A DNA stretch of 36,162 nucleotides from Nannocystales bacterium (GTDB lineage Bacteria > Myxococcota_A > Polyangia > Nannocystales > Nannocystaceae), in assembly GCA_050633305.1 (NCBI GenBank), contig JBOEGF010000075.1:1-36162 (forward strand). The letters run 5' to 3'. The notes below the pieces were generated by a model that saw nothing but the letters and a program-made list of their open reading frames with translations, ran no database searches and was not told the origin of the DNA. Shown one piece after another: positions 25,152-34,300 of the stretch. The translations under genes and the position numbers were made by a program. Within the stretch, counting starts at the first letter, position 1; each line of letters starts with the position of its first letter.

Positions 25152-26360
25152 ATGACCACGCCGATCGTGACCTCGTTGGCAATCGTAGCCGCCGCCTCGG
25201 CGGCCGTGACCGCGCTCTCCCACGCCTGCGTCCATCTCCGCCTTCGCAAGCGCCGTCTCCGGATGGACCGGTCGTGCCCCGGTGTTTCGGTGCTCAAGCC
25301 CCTCAAGGGCATTGATGAGGGCCTGCGCGAGAACCTTCGCTCGCTTGCGATGCAGGCGTACGCAGGACGCTTTGAGCTGATCCTCGGGGCCGCAAACGTG
25401 GACGATCCAGCTCTTGATATCGCGTTGGAGGTCCGCAGGGCGTTCCCCTCGGTCAGCATCAAACTCGTCGCTGGCCGCGAGGGCACCGGGCTCAACCCGA
25501 AGGTTCGACTTCTCGAGGTGCTGAGCGACGTCGCAATGCACGACACGATCCTGATCTCCGACAGCAACGTACCTGTCGCACCGAACTACTTGTCGACGCT
25601 CGTCGCCGAGATGGATGACCCCGCGGTGGGGCTGGTCTCGAGCATGCTTGCCGGGGATGGCGAGCGAACCGTCGCGGCCGGCCTCGAGAACCTTCACCTC
25701 AACAGTTTCGTGGCCGGTGCCGTGTGCGGGGCGGATGTCCTCGCAGGTCATCCGTGTGTCGTCGGTAAGTCGATGCTGATGCGTCGCAGCGACCTGGCAG
25801 CCCTGGGTGGGTGGGACCTGGTTCGCAACGTGCTCGGGGAGGACTACGTGCTCGGGGTCGCATTTCGCCGGGCTGGACACCGAGTCGCGTTGAGTCCCCA
25901 CGTCGTCCGCACCATCAACGGTGGGTGGGGCCTCTCGCGCTTCGTCAGCCGTCACCTGCGCTGGGGCCAGATGCGGCGGTGGATTTCCCCGACGGCCTAC
26001 TGCTTCGAACCGCTGCTCAACCCCGTGCCGCCGGCACTGGCTGTGATCGCCGTGCACGGGTGGCGCTCGAGCGGATCGATGGCGTTGGTGTGGTGGGCGG
26101 TGTTGTCCGTCCTGTTCAAACTCGGCTCGGACGCTGTGCTCTCCTATCGGTTGCGGGGGCGATGGCCGGACCCGCTGGACCTGATGCTGGTTCCGCTCAA
26201 AGACGTCGTCGTCTCAGCGCTGTGGGGACTCGCCTGGGTCCGACGAGACTTGCACTGGCGCGGAAACCGGGTCCGCATCGGGCCCGGGTCTTCGCTGACA
26301 CGGCCCCACGACGAACTACGGCCGGCGGTGGTTCGCGAGAACCCTCAGGAGCGGTCGTGA
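25152..26360 (+). CDS. Ceramide glucosyltransferase-like / HpnI-like glycosyltransferase (GT21/GT2)
   Basis: N-terminal TM, PGVSVLKPLKG.D, GLNPKV, LISDSNV, CVVGKSMLMR, LGEDY, RHLRWGQMRR, C-terminal TMs and WRG. Alternative start ATG 25128. Confidence 0.85.
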   Translation: MTTPIVTSLAIVAAASAAVTALSHACVHLRLRKRRLRMDRSCPGVSVLKPLKGIDEGLRENLRSLAMQAYAGRFELILGAANVDDPALDIALEVRRAFPSVSIKLVAGREGTGLNPKVRLLEVLSDVAMHDTILISDSNVPVAPNYLSTLVAEMDDPAVGLVSSMLAGDGERTVAAGLENLHLNSFVAGAVCGADVLAGHPCVVGKSMLMRRSDLAALGGWDLVRNVLGEDYVLGVAFRRAGHRVALSPHVVRTINGGWGLSRFVSRHLRWGQMRRWISPTAYCFEPLLNPVPPALAVIAVHGWRSSGSMALVWWAVLSVLFKLGSDAVLSYRLRGRWPDPLDLMLVPLKDVVVSALWGLAWVRRDLHWRGNRVRIGPGSSLTRPHDELRPAVVRENPQERS

Positions 26361-27694
26361 TGCAGGCTCCTCGGTCTCGTCCCCTCATCGCCGCCGCCGA
26401 GATGGGCTATGGCCACCTTCGTGCGGCTCGACCTCTCGCCCAGCAGCTGGGCACCGAGCTGACCTATGTCGACCGGGAGCCGCTCGCCGGGCGTGCGGAG
26501 CGGGGCGTATGGGAGGCCGTCCGTTGGGCACACGCCTGGTCTTCGCGGGGGTCGGAGCTGCCCGTCGTGGGTCCATCGGTTCGTCGGATGCTGGATTCGG
26601 TGACGATGATTCCGCCACTTCACCCGTACCGCGACCTTGCCGGACCTTCGGTTGCGACCCGGGCGCTCGATTCGCTCATCCATCGAGGCTTTGGAGAACC
26701 GCTCGCCCAGCACCTGCGGACGACGGGGGCCGCCTTGGTCACCACGTTCTACGCGCCCGCGATCGTGGCGGACCGACGAGGCATCGACAATGTGTTCTGC
26801 GTGGTGACCGATGCGGATATCAACCGCGTCTGGGCCCCACTGGACGCACGCGAGAGCAACATCCGATACCTCGCGCCGAGTCGCCGAGTGGTCCGCAGGT
26901 TGCGGGCGTTCGGGGTCCCCGCGAGCCGCATCGAGTTCACCGGGTTTCCGCTTCCCCACGCGCTGGTCGGTGGCGAGGAACTGAGTGCGTTGCGCGGCAA
27001 CCTGGGACCGCGACTCGTGCGGCTGGACCCCAAGAAGCGGTTCCGGGCCTCGTGTCACCACGAACTCGCGCACTTCTTCACCGAGCTGGGTCGGGACCAT
27101 GACGGTCAGCCGCCACTTCTGACCTTCGCGGTTGGGGGAGCTGGCGCGCAGTCGGGTTTGGTCGATGCGTTTCTGCCCTCCCTACGCCCGCTACTCCTCG
27201 CGGGCCGGATTCGCCTGGCACTTGTGGCGGGCACGCACTTCGAGGTTGCGGCCCGTTTCCGACGGGCGCTGCGGAGGTTCGAGCTCGACGCCTGCATCGG
27301 GGACAGCGTCGAGATTCTCTCCGCCGACGGTCTGGATGCGTACTTCGAACGGTTCGAGGCCCTCATTGCGCGTACCGACATCCTGTGGACGAAGCCGAGC
27401 GAGCTGACGTTCTACGCCGCGCTGGGGATCCCGTTGCTACTCACGTCGCCGGTCGGCGTGCACGAGCGCTTTAACCGCCGATTCGCACGGGAGGAGGGGG
27501 TCGCGCTCAAGCAGCGGGATCCCAAGCACATCGGTGAGCGGCTTTCGGAGTTGCTCGCCGATGGGACGCTGGCCTCCGCGGCGTGGTCTGGGTTCCTCCG
27601 CCTGCCCAAGTTCGGCACGTACAGGGTCCTGGAGGAGCTTGGTCTGTCGGGCACAGCGCCACCGGCGCTACAGGGCGAATTCGCCGACACATAA
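26360..27694 (+). CDS. GT-B glycosyltransferase related to MGDG synthase/UgtP (GT28-like, DUF6938-like)
   Basis: EMGYGHLRAA, VVTDADINRVW, FTGFPL, AVGGAG, DILWTKPSEL..YAALGIP, PVGVHERFN. TGATG overlap with the GT21 gene, with AGGAG upstream. Confidence 0.75.
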   Translation: MQAPRSRPLIAAAEMGYGHLRAARPLAQQLGTELTYVDREPLAGRAERGVWEAVRWAHAWSSRGSELPVVGPSVRRMLDSVTMIPPLHPYRDLAGPSVATRALDSLIHRGFGEPLAQHLRTTGAALVTTFYAPAIVADRRGIDNVFCVVTDADINRVWAPLDARESNIRYLAPSRRVVRRLRAFGVPASRIEFTGFPLPHALVGGEELSALRGNLGPRLVRLDPKKRFRASCHHELAHFFTELGRDHDGQPPLLTFAVGGAGAQSGLVDAFLPSLRPLLLAGRIRLALVAGTHFEVAARFRRALRRFELDACIGDSVEILSADGLDAYFERFEALIARTDILWTKPSELTFYAALGIPLLLTSPVGVHERFNRRFAREEGVALKQRDPKHIGERLSELLADGTLASAAWSGFLRLPKFGTYRVLEELGLSGTAPPALQGEFADT

Positions 27695-27727
27695 TCGTCA
27701 CATTCTTGTTGGGTTCTTGTTTCGGCG
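27684..27727 (+). promoter_or_regulatory. Pho-box-like array (four half-sites at 11-bp period) upstream of the PiT-like permease
   Basis: GACAC-ATAATC-GTCAC-ATTCTT-GTTGG-GTTCTT-GTTTC, with half-sites starting at 27686, 27697, 27708 and 27719 and AT-rich spacers in a GC-rich background. Candidate -10 TACCTT at 27756-27761. Confidence 0.6.
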
Positions 27728-27782
27728 CCGGCGCCCCGATGCCAGGAGAGCCCGCTACCTTCTGCTCGTTCTGAGACTCAAG

Positions 27783-28883
27783 ATGTCGAACGGCGACGCA
27801 GGTATTCCGACCCTCATGAAGCAGATCCCCGAGGTTATCGCCCGGGAGCGTAACTTCTTGATCGTCTTGATGTGTGGGTTTCTGGTCTCGGCCGCCACGT
27901 ATCGCACGCCCATGCTCGCGGCCTGGGTCGGCTTCGCCTTTGCGGGGTATTCCGCGATTGCCAACGACAGCATCCAGACGATCGGCACCTTCATCACCTC
28001 CAACCGCAAGACGGCGTGGTGGGTGTTGTGGCTGTTCATGGGTGGCATCTTCCTCGCGACGGCGACCTACAGCTTCGTGACGTTCGACGGGGACGTCAGC
28101 TACCAGCGGCTTGCCTCCAAGGGCTTCGAGACCGCTCCGGCCGAGTTTTCGTTCTTGCAGGTCGCCGCGCCGCTGTTCCTGCTGGTGCTCACCCGCTTGC
28201 GCATGCCGGTCAGCACCACGTTTCTGTTGCTGACCAGCTTTGCGACGGATGCGAGCAGCGTCGGCAAGGTCCTGACCAAGAGTCTCACCGGGTACGTCCT
28301 CGCTTTCGGGGCCGCGATCATCATTTGGATGCTCGTCTCCCGAATCATCGATCGCTGGATGACCCGCGATGCGCACCCCGCTTGGCGGGTTGGGCAGTGG
28401 GTCATCTCCGGCATTCTTTGGTCGGTCTGGCTTCAGCAGGACGCCGCCAACATCGCGGTTTACCTGCCGCGTAGCCTCAGCCTGCCGCAGTTCTTCGTGT
28501 TTGCGGGCGCCATCTTCTTGGGCCTGGGATTGCTGTTCCGGATGGGCGGAGAGAAGGTCCAGGAGATCGTCGACGAGAAGTCGGGCGTCGTTGACGTTCG
28601 TGCGGCGACGATCATCGACTTCGTCTACGCCGTCATTCTCTACTACTTCAAGTTCGTCTCGAACGTCCCGATGAGCACGACTTGGGTGTTCATCGGTCTG
28701 CTTGGCGGCCGCGAACTCGCGATGGCGCTCCGCGGATCCTCCGAACACCGCTGGACGTTCGCGGCGAGAATGATTGGCAAGGACGTCCTGTTCGCCGGCA
28801 TCGGTTTGACCGTCTCCATCATCTTGGCGGCATCGGTCAACGACCCGTTCCGAGCCGAAGTCGCCGCGTTCTTCGGCTTGTAG
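27783..28883 (+). CDS. Polytopic membrane protein, divergent PiT/PHO4-like phosphate (or sulfate) permease
   Basis: Duplicated PiT-type motifs: IANDSIQTIGT ... MPVSTT, then QDAANIAV ... VPMSTTWVFIG. About 10 hydrophobic segments. Alternative start ATG 27816. Confidence 0.7.
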   Translation: MSNGDAGIPTLMKQIPEVIARERNFLIVLMCGFLVSAATYRTPMLAAWVGFAFAGYSAIANDSIQTIGTFITSNRKTAWWVLWLFMGGIFLATATYSFVTFDGDVSYQRLASKGFETAPAEFSFLQVAAPLFLLVLTRLRMPVSTTFLLLTSFATDASSVGKVLTKSLTGYVLAFGAAIIIWMLVSRIIDRWMTRDAHPAWRVGQWVISGILWSVWLQQDAANIAVYLPRSLSLPQFFVFAGAIFLGLGLLFRMGGEKVQEIVDEKSGVVDVRAATIIDFVYAVILYYFKFVSNVPMSTTWVFIGLLGGRELAMALRGSSEHRWTFAARMIGKDVLFAGIGLTVSIILAASVNDPFRAEVAAFFGL

Positions 28884-28903
28884 CTTCGCCAGGGGGGCTG
28901 CCC

Positions 28904-31333
28904 TCAGTCGGGCAGCCGGATCCGCAGCGCGCCGCCGAGGCCCTCAAATACCTCCATCCACTGCGTCGCTTCGTCGTCTCCCTCTTCGGCGGCGCGGGCA
29001 TGGATCGGCCGAGCGGTTTGCAGGACCCGGTAGAACTCGTTCTGCGGGGTCGAGAGGTCGACCTCGAATGGCCCGCTGTGGGCGAGGTCGGCTAGGACCC
29101 GAAGCCTTCGAAGGCGCCCGACCCGTTCGGGCGCTTCGACCCACCGCGCGGTTGCGCTCTCCATCGTGCGCTGGAGCGTGAAGTTGAGGCTGACTCGGTG
29201 AAGGTCCACACGCAGCGCTTCGGCCTCTCGCATGAGCTCTCGAATGCGGCCTGGGTCGAGCTCGCGCGCCGTGAACTCGGAGCGAAGCATCGTGTTGAGC
29301 ACGAAACTGGCCAGGCCCTGGAGTGGTTTGGGCAGCGGAAGGTCGAGGGTCGCGAGGTAACGCAGGAGGGGAGAGTGCTGGTTGTACAGCCGGGCGCTGA
29401 CCTCTTGGGCATCGTTGGTGGCGCTGTCGACGACAAGCTCCAGCACCCGCTGTTGCTCGTCGCGAAACAACGAACGCATCGAGTACTTGAGCTCGCCGAA
29501 GTGTGCATCGAGCAGTCGGAGCACCTCGGGCATGTCGGCGCTGCGAAACGAGCCCAACACATCCCGCAACATCGCGTCGTACTCGGCCTCTCCCCGGAAC
29601 CCGCGCACGCCCCCGCTCATGTTGTGGTCTCCGAGGTGAACGAACCCGAAGCTCAACTCGTCGGCTTCACGGGTGATCTGGGAGACGACGACCACTTTGC
29701 CGAGCGCGAGCCGGCTTCGGCCCAACGAGGCTGTCCGATAGTCGAGTTGCTCGACCGCGTACGCATAGACCTCGGCCCGCGGTTTGTATGACTTGAACAA
29801 CGAACTCACCGCGTAGTGAGCCACGAGCCGAGGCAAGTCGACAGCAAGGGGCTCGGCGTGGCGCTCGTACAGGACGCGTCCGTCGCCTTGCTCGGGGAGG
29901 TTGGACTTGGCTTGTGCGAGGCGCTCGACGAACGGCTGCTGGAGCGCGACGTCGGAGACCTCTTGGGCCAGCTGTATCGCGCGCGCGGCGTACCGAATGA
30001 TCTGGGTCGTCTCGATGCCCGAGACGTCGTCGAAGAACCATCCGCAGCTCGTGTACATGAGCATCGCGTGACGCTGCATCTCCAGGAGCCGCAGGGCCTC
30101 GATACGCTGCGGTTCGGTGAGCTTGCCGATGGCGTGGGTCTTGAAGAACCGTGCGGTGGCCTCGTCGGTTCGTTCGAGGATCAAGGCGATGTAGCCGTCC
30201 CGGGCGCTCCAGGGGTCGCGGAGTAGGGCGCGTGCTCGGCTCTCGAACAGGCCAGCGACCTGCTCGCCCAACCAATCCAACGCTTCGCGCAAGGGCGCCC
30301 GCCAGGACTGCGTCCACCCCCGATTCGAGCCGGTGGAACACCCGCAGTCGCTGCGCCAGCGCTCCACGCCGTGCGCACAGCTCCACGACGTTTCCTCGAG
30401 GATCTCCACGTCATGGGTAGGTGGGTGCGCCTCCAAGAAGGCGCCGTAGTTCACCAGTTCGACGCTGGGGTCGTCTTCGAATCGCCGGAGCGCGTACGCC
30501 AGCGCCATGTCGCCATAGCGATGGTGGTGGCCGTACGTCTCACCATCGGTGGCGATGTGCACCAGCTGGGTCGCACTCTCGTCGGCTGTGAACGCGCCCA
30601 TGAGCCGGTCGGCAAACCGGTCTCCGCTGTCGAGAAGGTGTTCGAAGGCGACGGCTTGCGAGACGGGGCCGTCGTAGAAGAACAGCGTGATCTCGCGGCC
30701 CGAGGGGAGCGTGCATCGGTACGGTTGTCGAGGATCGACCCGTCCTCCGGTCACGTCGCGCCAGGCCTCCCCGGGAGCTCGAACTCGTTTGGCTTGGTGA
30801 GGAGCAAGCAGGGTGAACTCGATGCCTTCCTCGGCGAGCGCCTCGAGGGAAGGCGTGTCGGCGGCCGTCTCAGGAAGCCACATGCCGCGCGGTGCATGGC
30901 CGAAACGATGGGTGTAGTCGGCGATGCCCCAGCGGATCTGTGTGCGACGGTCGGCGTCGTTGCACAGCGGAAGGATCGAGTGGTTATACGCCTGTGCCAG
31001 CGCGGAGCTGTGTCCCGAGAAACGCACGCGACTGGCCCTCTCCGCTTCGAGGATCGCTGCGTAGGCCTTGGGGGTCTCACGCTCCATCCATGCCAGCAGC
31101 GTCGGCCCGAAGTTGAAGCTGATGCGTTCGTAGTTGCTGGCGATGCGTTCGATGAACCCCTGAGAATCGAGGATTCGAGCCCAGGCATTGGGGCCATAAC
31201 ACTCGGACGTGATGCGTTCGTTCCAGTCGTGGAACGGGTCCGCGGACTCCTGCTGCTCGACGGTCTCGAGCCAGGGGTTCTCCCGCGGGGGTTGGTAGAA
31301 GTGCCCGTGAATGCAGACGTAGCGCTTGTTCAT
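28904..31333 (-). CDS. Glycoside hydrolase family 57 protein with C-terminal DUF3536
   Basis: HGHFYQPPRENPW, SFNFGPTLL, YNHSILPL, GMWLPETA (nucleophile Glu), IATDGETYGHH (acid/base Asp), SWSCAHGVERW, MYTSCGWFFD. GAAGGA SD 5 nt upstream of the ATG. Confidence 0.93.
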   Translation of the reverse strand: MNKRYVCIHGHFYQPPRENPWLETVEQQESADPFHDWNERITSECYGPNAWARILDSQGFIERIASNYERISFNFGPTLLAWMERETPKAYAAILEAERASRVRFSGHSSALAQAYNHSILPLCNDADRRTQIRWGIADYTHRFGHAPRGMWLPETAADTPSLEALAEEGIEFTLLAPHQAKRVRAPGEAWRDVTGGRVDPRQPYRCTLPSGREITLFFYDGPVSQAVAFEHLLDSGDRFADRLMGAFTADESATQLVHIATDGETYGHHHRYGDMALAYALRRFEDDPSVELVNYGAFLEAHPPTHDVEILEETSWSCAHGVERWRSDCGCSTGSNRGWTQSWRAPLREALDWLGEQVAGLFESRARALLRDPWSARDGYIALILERTDEATARFFKTHAIGKLTEPQRIEALRLLEMQRHAMLMYTSCGWFFDDVSGIETTQIIRYAARAIQLAQEVSDVALQQPFVERLAQAKSNLPEQGDGRVLYERHAEPLAVDLPRLVAHYAVSSLFKSYKPRAEVYAYAVEQLDYRTASLGRSRLALGKVVVVSQITREADELSFGFVHLGDHNMSGGVRGFRGEAEYDAMLRDVLGSFRSADMPEVLRLLDAHFGELKYSMRSLFRDEQQRVLELVVDSATNDAQEVSARLYNQHSPLLRYLATLDLPLPKPLQGLASFVLNTMLRSEFTARELDPGRIRELMREAEALRVDLHRVSLNFTLQRTMESATARWVEAPERVGRLRRLRVLADLAHSGPFEVDLSTPQNEFYRVLQTARPIHARAAEEGDDEATQWMEVFEGLGGALRIRLPD

Positions 31334-31344
31334 GCGGATCCTTC

Positions 31345-31388
31345 GGCAGGGGTCAGGCAGGGGTCAGGCAGGGGTCAGGCAGGAGTCA
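31345..31388. repeat. Tandem repeat, 4 x 11 bp (GGCAGGGGTCA x3 plus GGCAGGAGTCA), spanning the malQ-glgB stop codon
   Basis: Units at 31345-31355, 31356-31366, 31367-31377 and 31378-31388. Confidence 0.95.
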
Positions 31389-34300
31389 GGAACAGGACGG
31401 AGAGCGGAGGCAGACACAGCTCGAGGGAGTGTGGATGGCCGTGCGCGCCCTCGTCACGGGTGTGGGCACGGCCGCCGTTGCCCATGCCGCTTCCGCCGTA
31501 TTCGTGGGCGTCGCTGTTGGCCCGCTCGGACCACCACCCGCCCCAGGGGACGCCGACGCCGTAGTTGTAGCGGGGCACCGGGGTGAAGTTGCAGACCACC
31601 AGGGCAGGGGTCCCGTCCGCGGCGTAGCGCAAGAACGTGAACACGCTCGCCTCCGCGTCTGCGAAGTCGACCCACGCGAAGCCTCCGGGGTCGCAGTCGC
31701 GCTCATGCAGCGCCGGAACGTCGCGGTGCAGCCGGTTGAGATCCGCAACCCACCGCTGGATACCTGCGTGTCTGGGGTCGTGGGTGAGATGCCAGTCGAG
31801 GCTTCGGTCGTGGTCCCACTCGCGCACCTGGCCGAACTCGCAGCCCATGAAGAGGAGCTTCTTACCGGGCTGCCCGTACATGTACCCATACAAGGCCCGC
31901 AGGTTCGCAAAACGCTGCCAATCGTCTCCTGGCATTCGGGTGAGGATCGAGCCTTTGCCGTGCACGACTTCGTCGTGCGACAGGGGCAGGACGAAGTTCT
32001 CCCCGAACGCGTACAGCATGCGGAAGGTCAGCTCATGCTGGTGGTGCCGACGGTGGATCGGGTCACGCCCGAAGTAAGCCAGCGTGTCGTGCATCCAGCC
32101 CATGTCCCACTTGAAGCCGAATCCGAGGCCTCCGGTGTGTGTGGGTCGGGACACCATCGGCCACGAGGTGGACTCTTCGGCGATCGTCTGCACACCGGGG
32201 CAGTCCCGGTAGACGGCCTCGTTGATCTGTCGGAGCGCGTCGATGGCTCCGAGGTTCTCACGCCCACCGTGTCGGTTGGGCACCCACTCGCCCTCCTGCC
32301 GGCTGTAGTCGAGGTAGAGCATCGAGGCCACCGCATCGACTCGGAGTCCGTCGGCGTGAAACGTGTCGCACCAGTACCGAGCACTGCTCTGCAGAAACGA
32401 GCGAACCTCGTGCCGGTCGTAGTTGAAGATCGCGGACTTCCAGTCCGGGTGAAACCCTTGCTTGGGGTCGGCGTGTTCGTACAGGTGTGTGCCGTCGAAC
32501 TCCGCGAGCGCGTGTGCGTCGGTTGGGAAGTGTGAGGGGACCCAGTCGAGCAGGACGCCGATGCCGGCCTGATGCAGCGTGTCGACCATCGCCTTGAAGT
32601 CCGCGGGCGTGCCGTACCGGGCGCTCGGAGCGAAGTAGCCGGTCGTTTGGTACCCCCACGAGCCGTAGAAGGGGTGTTCCATCACCGGGAGCAGCTGCAC
32701 GTGGGTGAAGCCCATGTGGGTCGCGTACTCGGCCAGCTGGGACCCCAACTCGCGATAGTTGAGCGAGCGGTCGCCGTCTTCGGGCACCCGTCTCCACGAA
32801 CCCAGATGCACCTCGTAGATCGACATCGGCTTTCCCTGGCCGCTGCGGGAGGCCCGGCTCTCCATCCAGGCTTCGTCGTTCCACGCATAGCGCCCATGCG
32901 CGACCACAGATGCTGTTCGCGGGGGCTCTTCGGTTGCGAACGCGAACGGGTCGGCGCGATCGCTGCCTCCGCTCGGCGAGGCGACGTGCAGCTTGTAGAG
33001 GTCACCGGGACCGACGCCTACGATGAAGCCCTCCCAGATTCCTGAGTCCGCGCGCGCGCGCAGCGGGGCCTGCTGCCGATCCCAGACGTTGAAGTCCCCG
33101 ATCACCGAGACGTAGGTGGCCGAGGGAGCCCACACCGCGAAGTAGGTGCCTGCGGTCGAGGCGTGCTCCATCGGATGCGCGCCCAGCTTGTCGTCGATGT
33201 GGGCGTGGGTGCCTTCGTTCCACAGGTAGATGTCGTCATCGGTGAGTCGTGAGACGTCGTAGCGCACCTCCCCGCGATGGGTCGCTTCGTTGCGAGCGCG
33301 CGCGAGGGCGCGCAGCGGGTCGGTGACGGCCGGATCTTGCGTCCATGTCTCGAGATCGTACCGGGCTCGGTTCTGCCAGTTTGCATGCTCGCGCCAGGTC
33401 CCCGGGATGTTCTGCGCGTGGGTTTCTCCCCAGAGGTCCTCGAGGTTCACCAGGACGTCGTGGGCTTGGCTGCGCCCGAGGTGCTTGAGCAGTGCGCTCA
33501 GAGCCGCGGGTGCTTCGCTCCCTGCGGGCAGGCCCGTCCTGGGTCCGAGGTAGCCGGTCAGACACTGGCGCTGCCAGTCGCGATGTCCTGCCATCGCGTC
33601 ACGCTGGCCCTCGTCGAGAAAACCGAGGTCTTGCTGGGTTGCGAGGTCGGAGCCGCTCCAATAGGCGGCGAATGGCGGCATGTCGTGCGTGTTGAGCGAG
33701 GCCATGTCACCGGGCTGCGCAGCAGGCAGTGCATCGCTGGGATCGGGCTTGGCCTGGTACTGCACGACGTGCATGCCCGAGATGCCGTGGGTCTGCATCG
33801 CGTGCGTGACTTCGTCTGGGACGGTTCCCAGGTTCTCGCCGATCAGGGCTACGCCGCTCTTGTGCGACTCGAGCGAGAGCAGCGCGACCAGCTCGTCGGC
33901 GGGGTAGCGCAGGTACATGCCCTCGGACGCTGGCGCGTGCGAGGGGATCACGAACAGGCGGTGCAGTCCCATCACATGGTCGATGCGCAACACGCCCGCG
34001 TAGCGCATGTGGTTCTGCAACACGGCGATCAGGTACCGGTAGTGGTCCTGTCGCTGTCGCTGCGGATGGGGCGGGGGGAACGCCCAGTTCTGGCCGCCTG
34101 AGAAGAGCGCGTCCGGAGGGGCGCCGGTCGAGAGCCCGGGCACGAACGATTCACGATGGGCCCAGGTGTCGAAGCCATCCCCGTGCACGCCAACGGGCAG
34201 GTCGAGGTACAGCCCGCTGCTGCGACCTCGCGCGTGAATCGACAGCGCTTCGAGCTGGCAGTGGGCCGCCCACTGCACGTAGGCGTGGTAGCGGTAGGTC

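Noticed and set aside
25811..26359. N-terminal 183 aa of the 627-aa ORF, suggesting a longer protein or a frameshift fusion with GT21
   Set aside because: It overlaps the GT21 CDS in another frame and is low-information sequence. The recognisable protein begins at the TGATG overlap (26360) with an AGGAG SD.
31345..31388. Possible CRISPR or REP array
   Set aside because: The units are contiguous 11-mers with no spacers, and there are no cas genes; this is a simple tandem repeat.
33260..33280. GGGAGG next to GTG at the MalQ-GlgB junction as an internal GlgB start
   Set aside because: The SD-like sequence abuts or overlaps the GTG with no spacer and is explained by Gly-Glu-Val codons.
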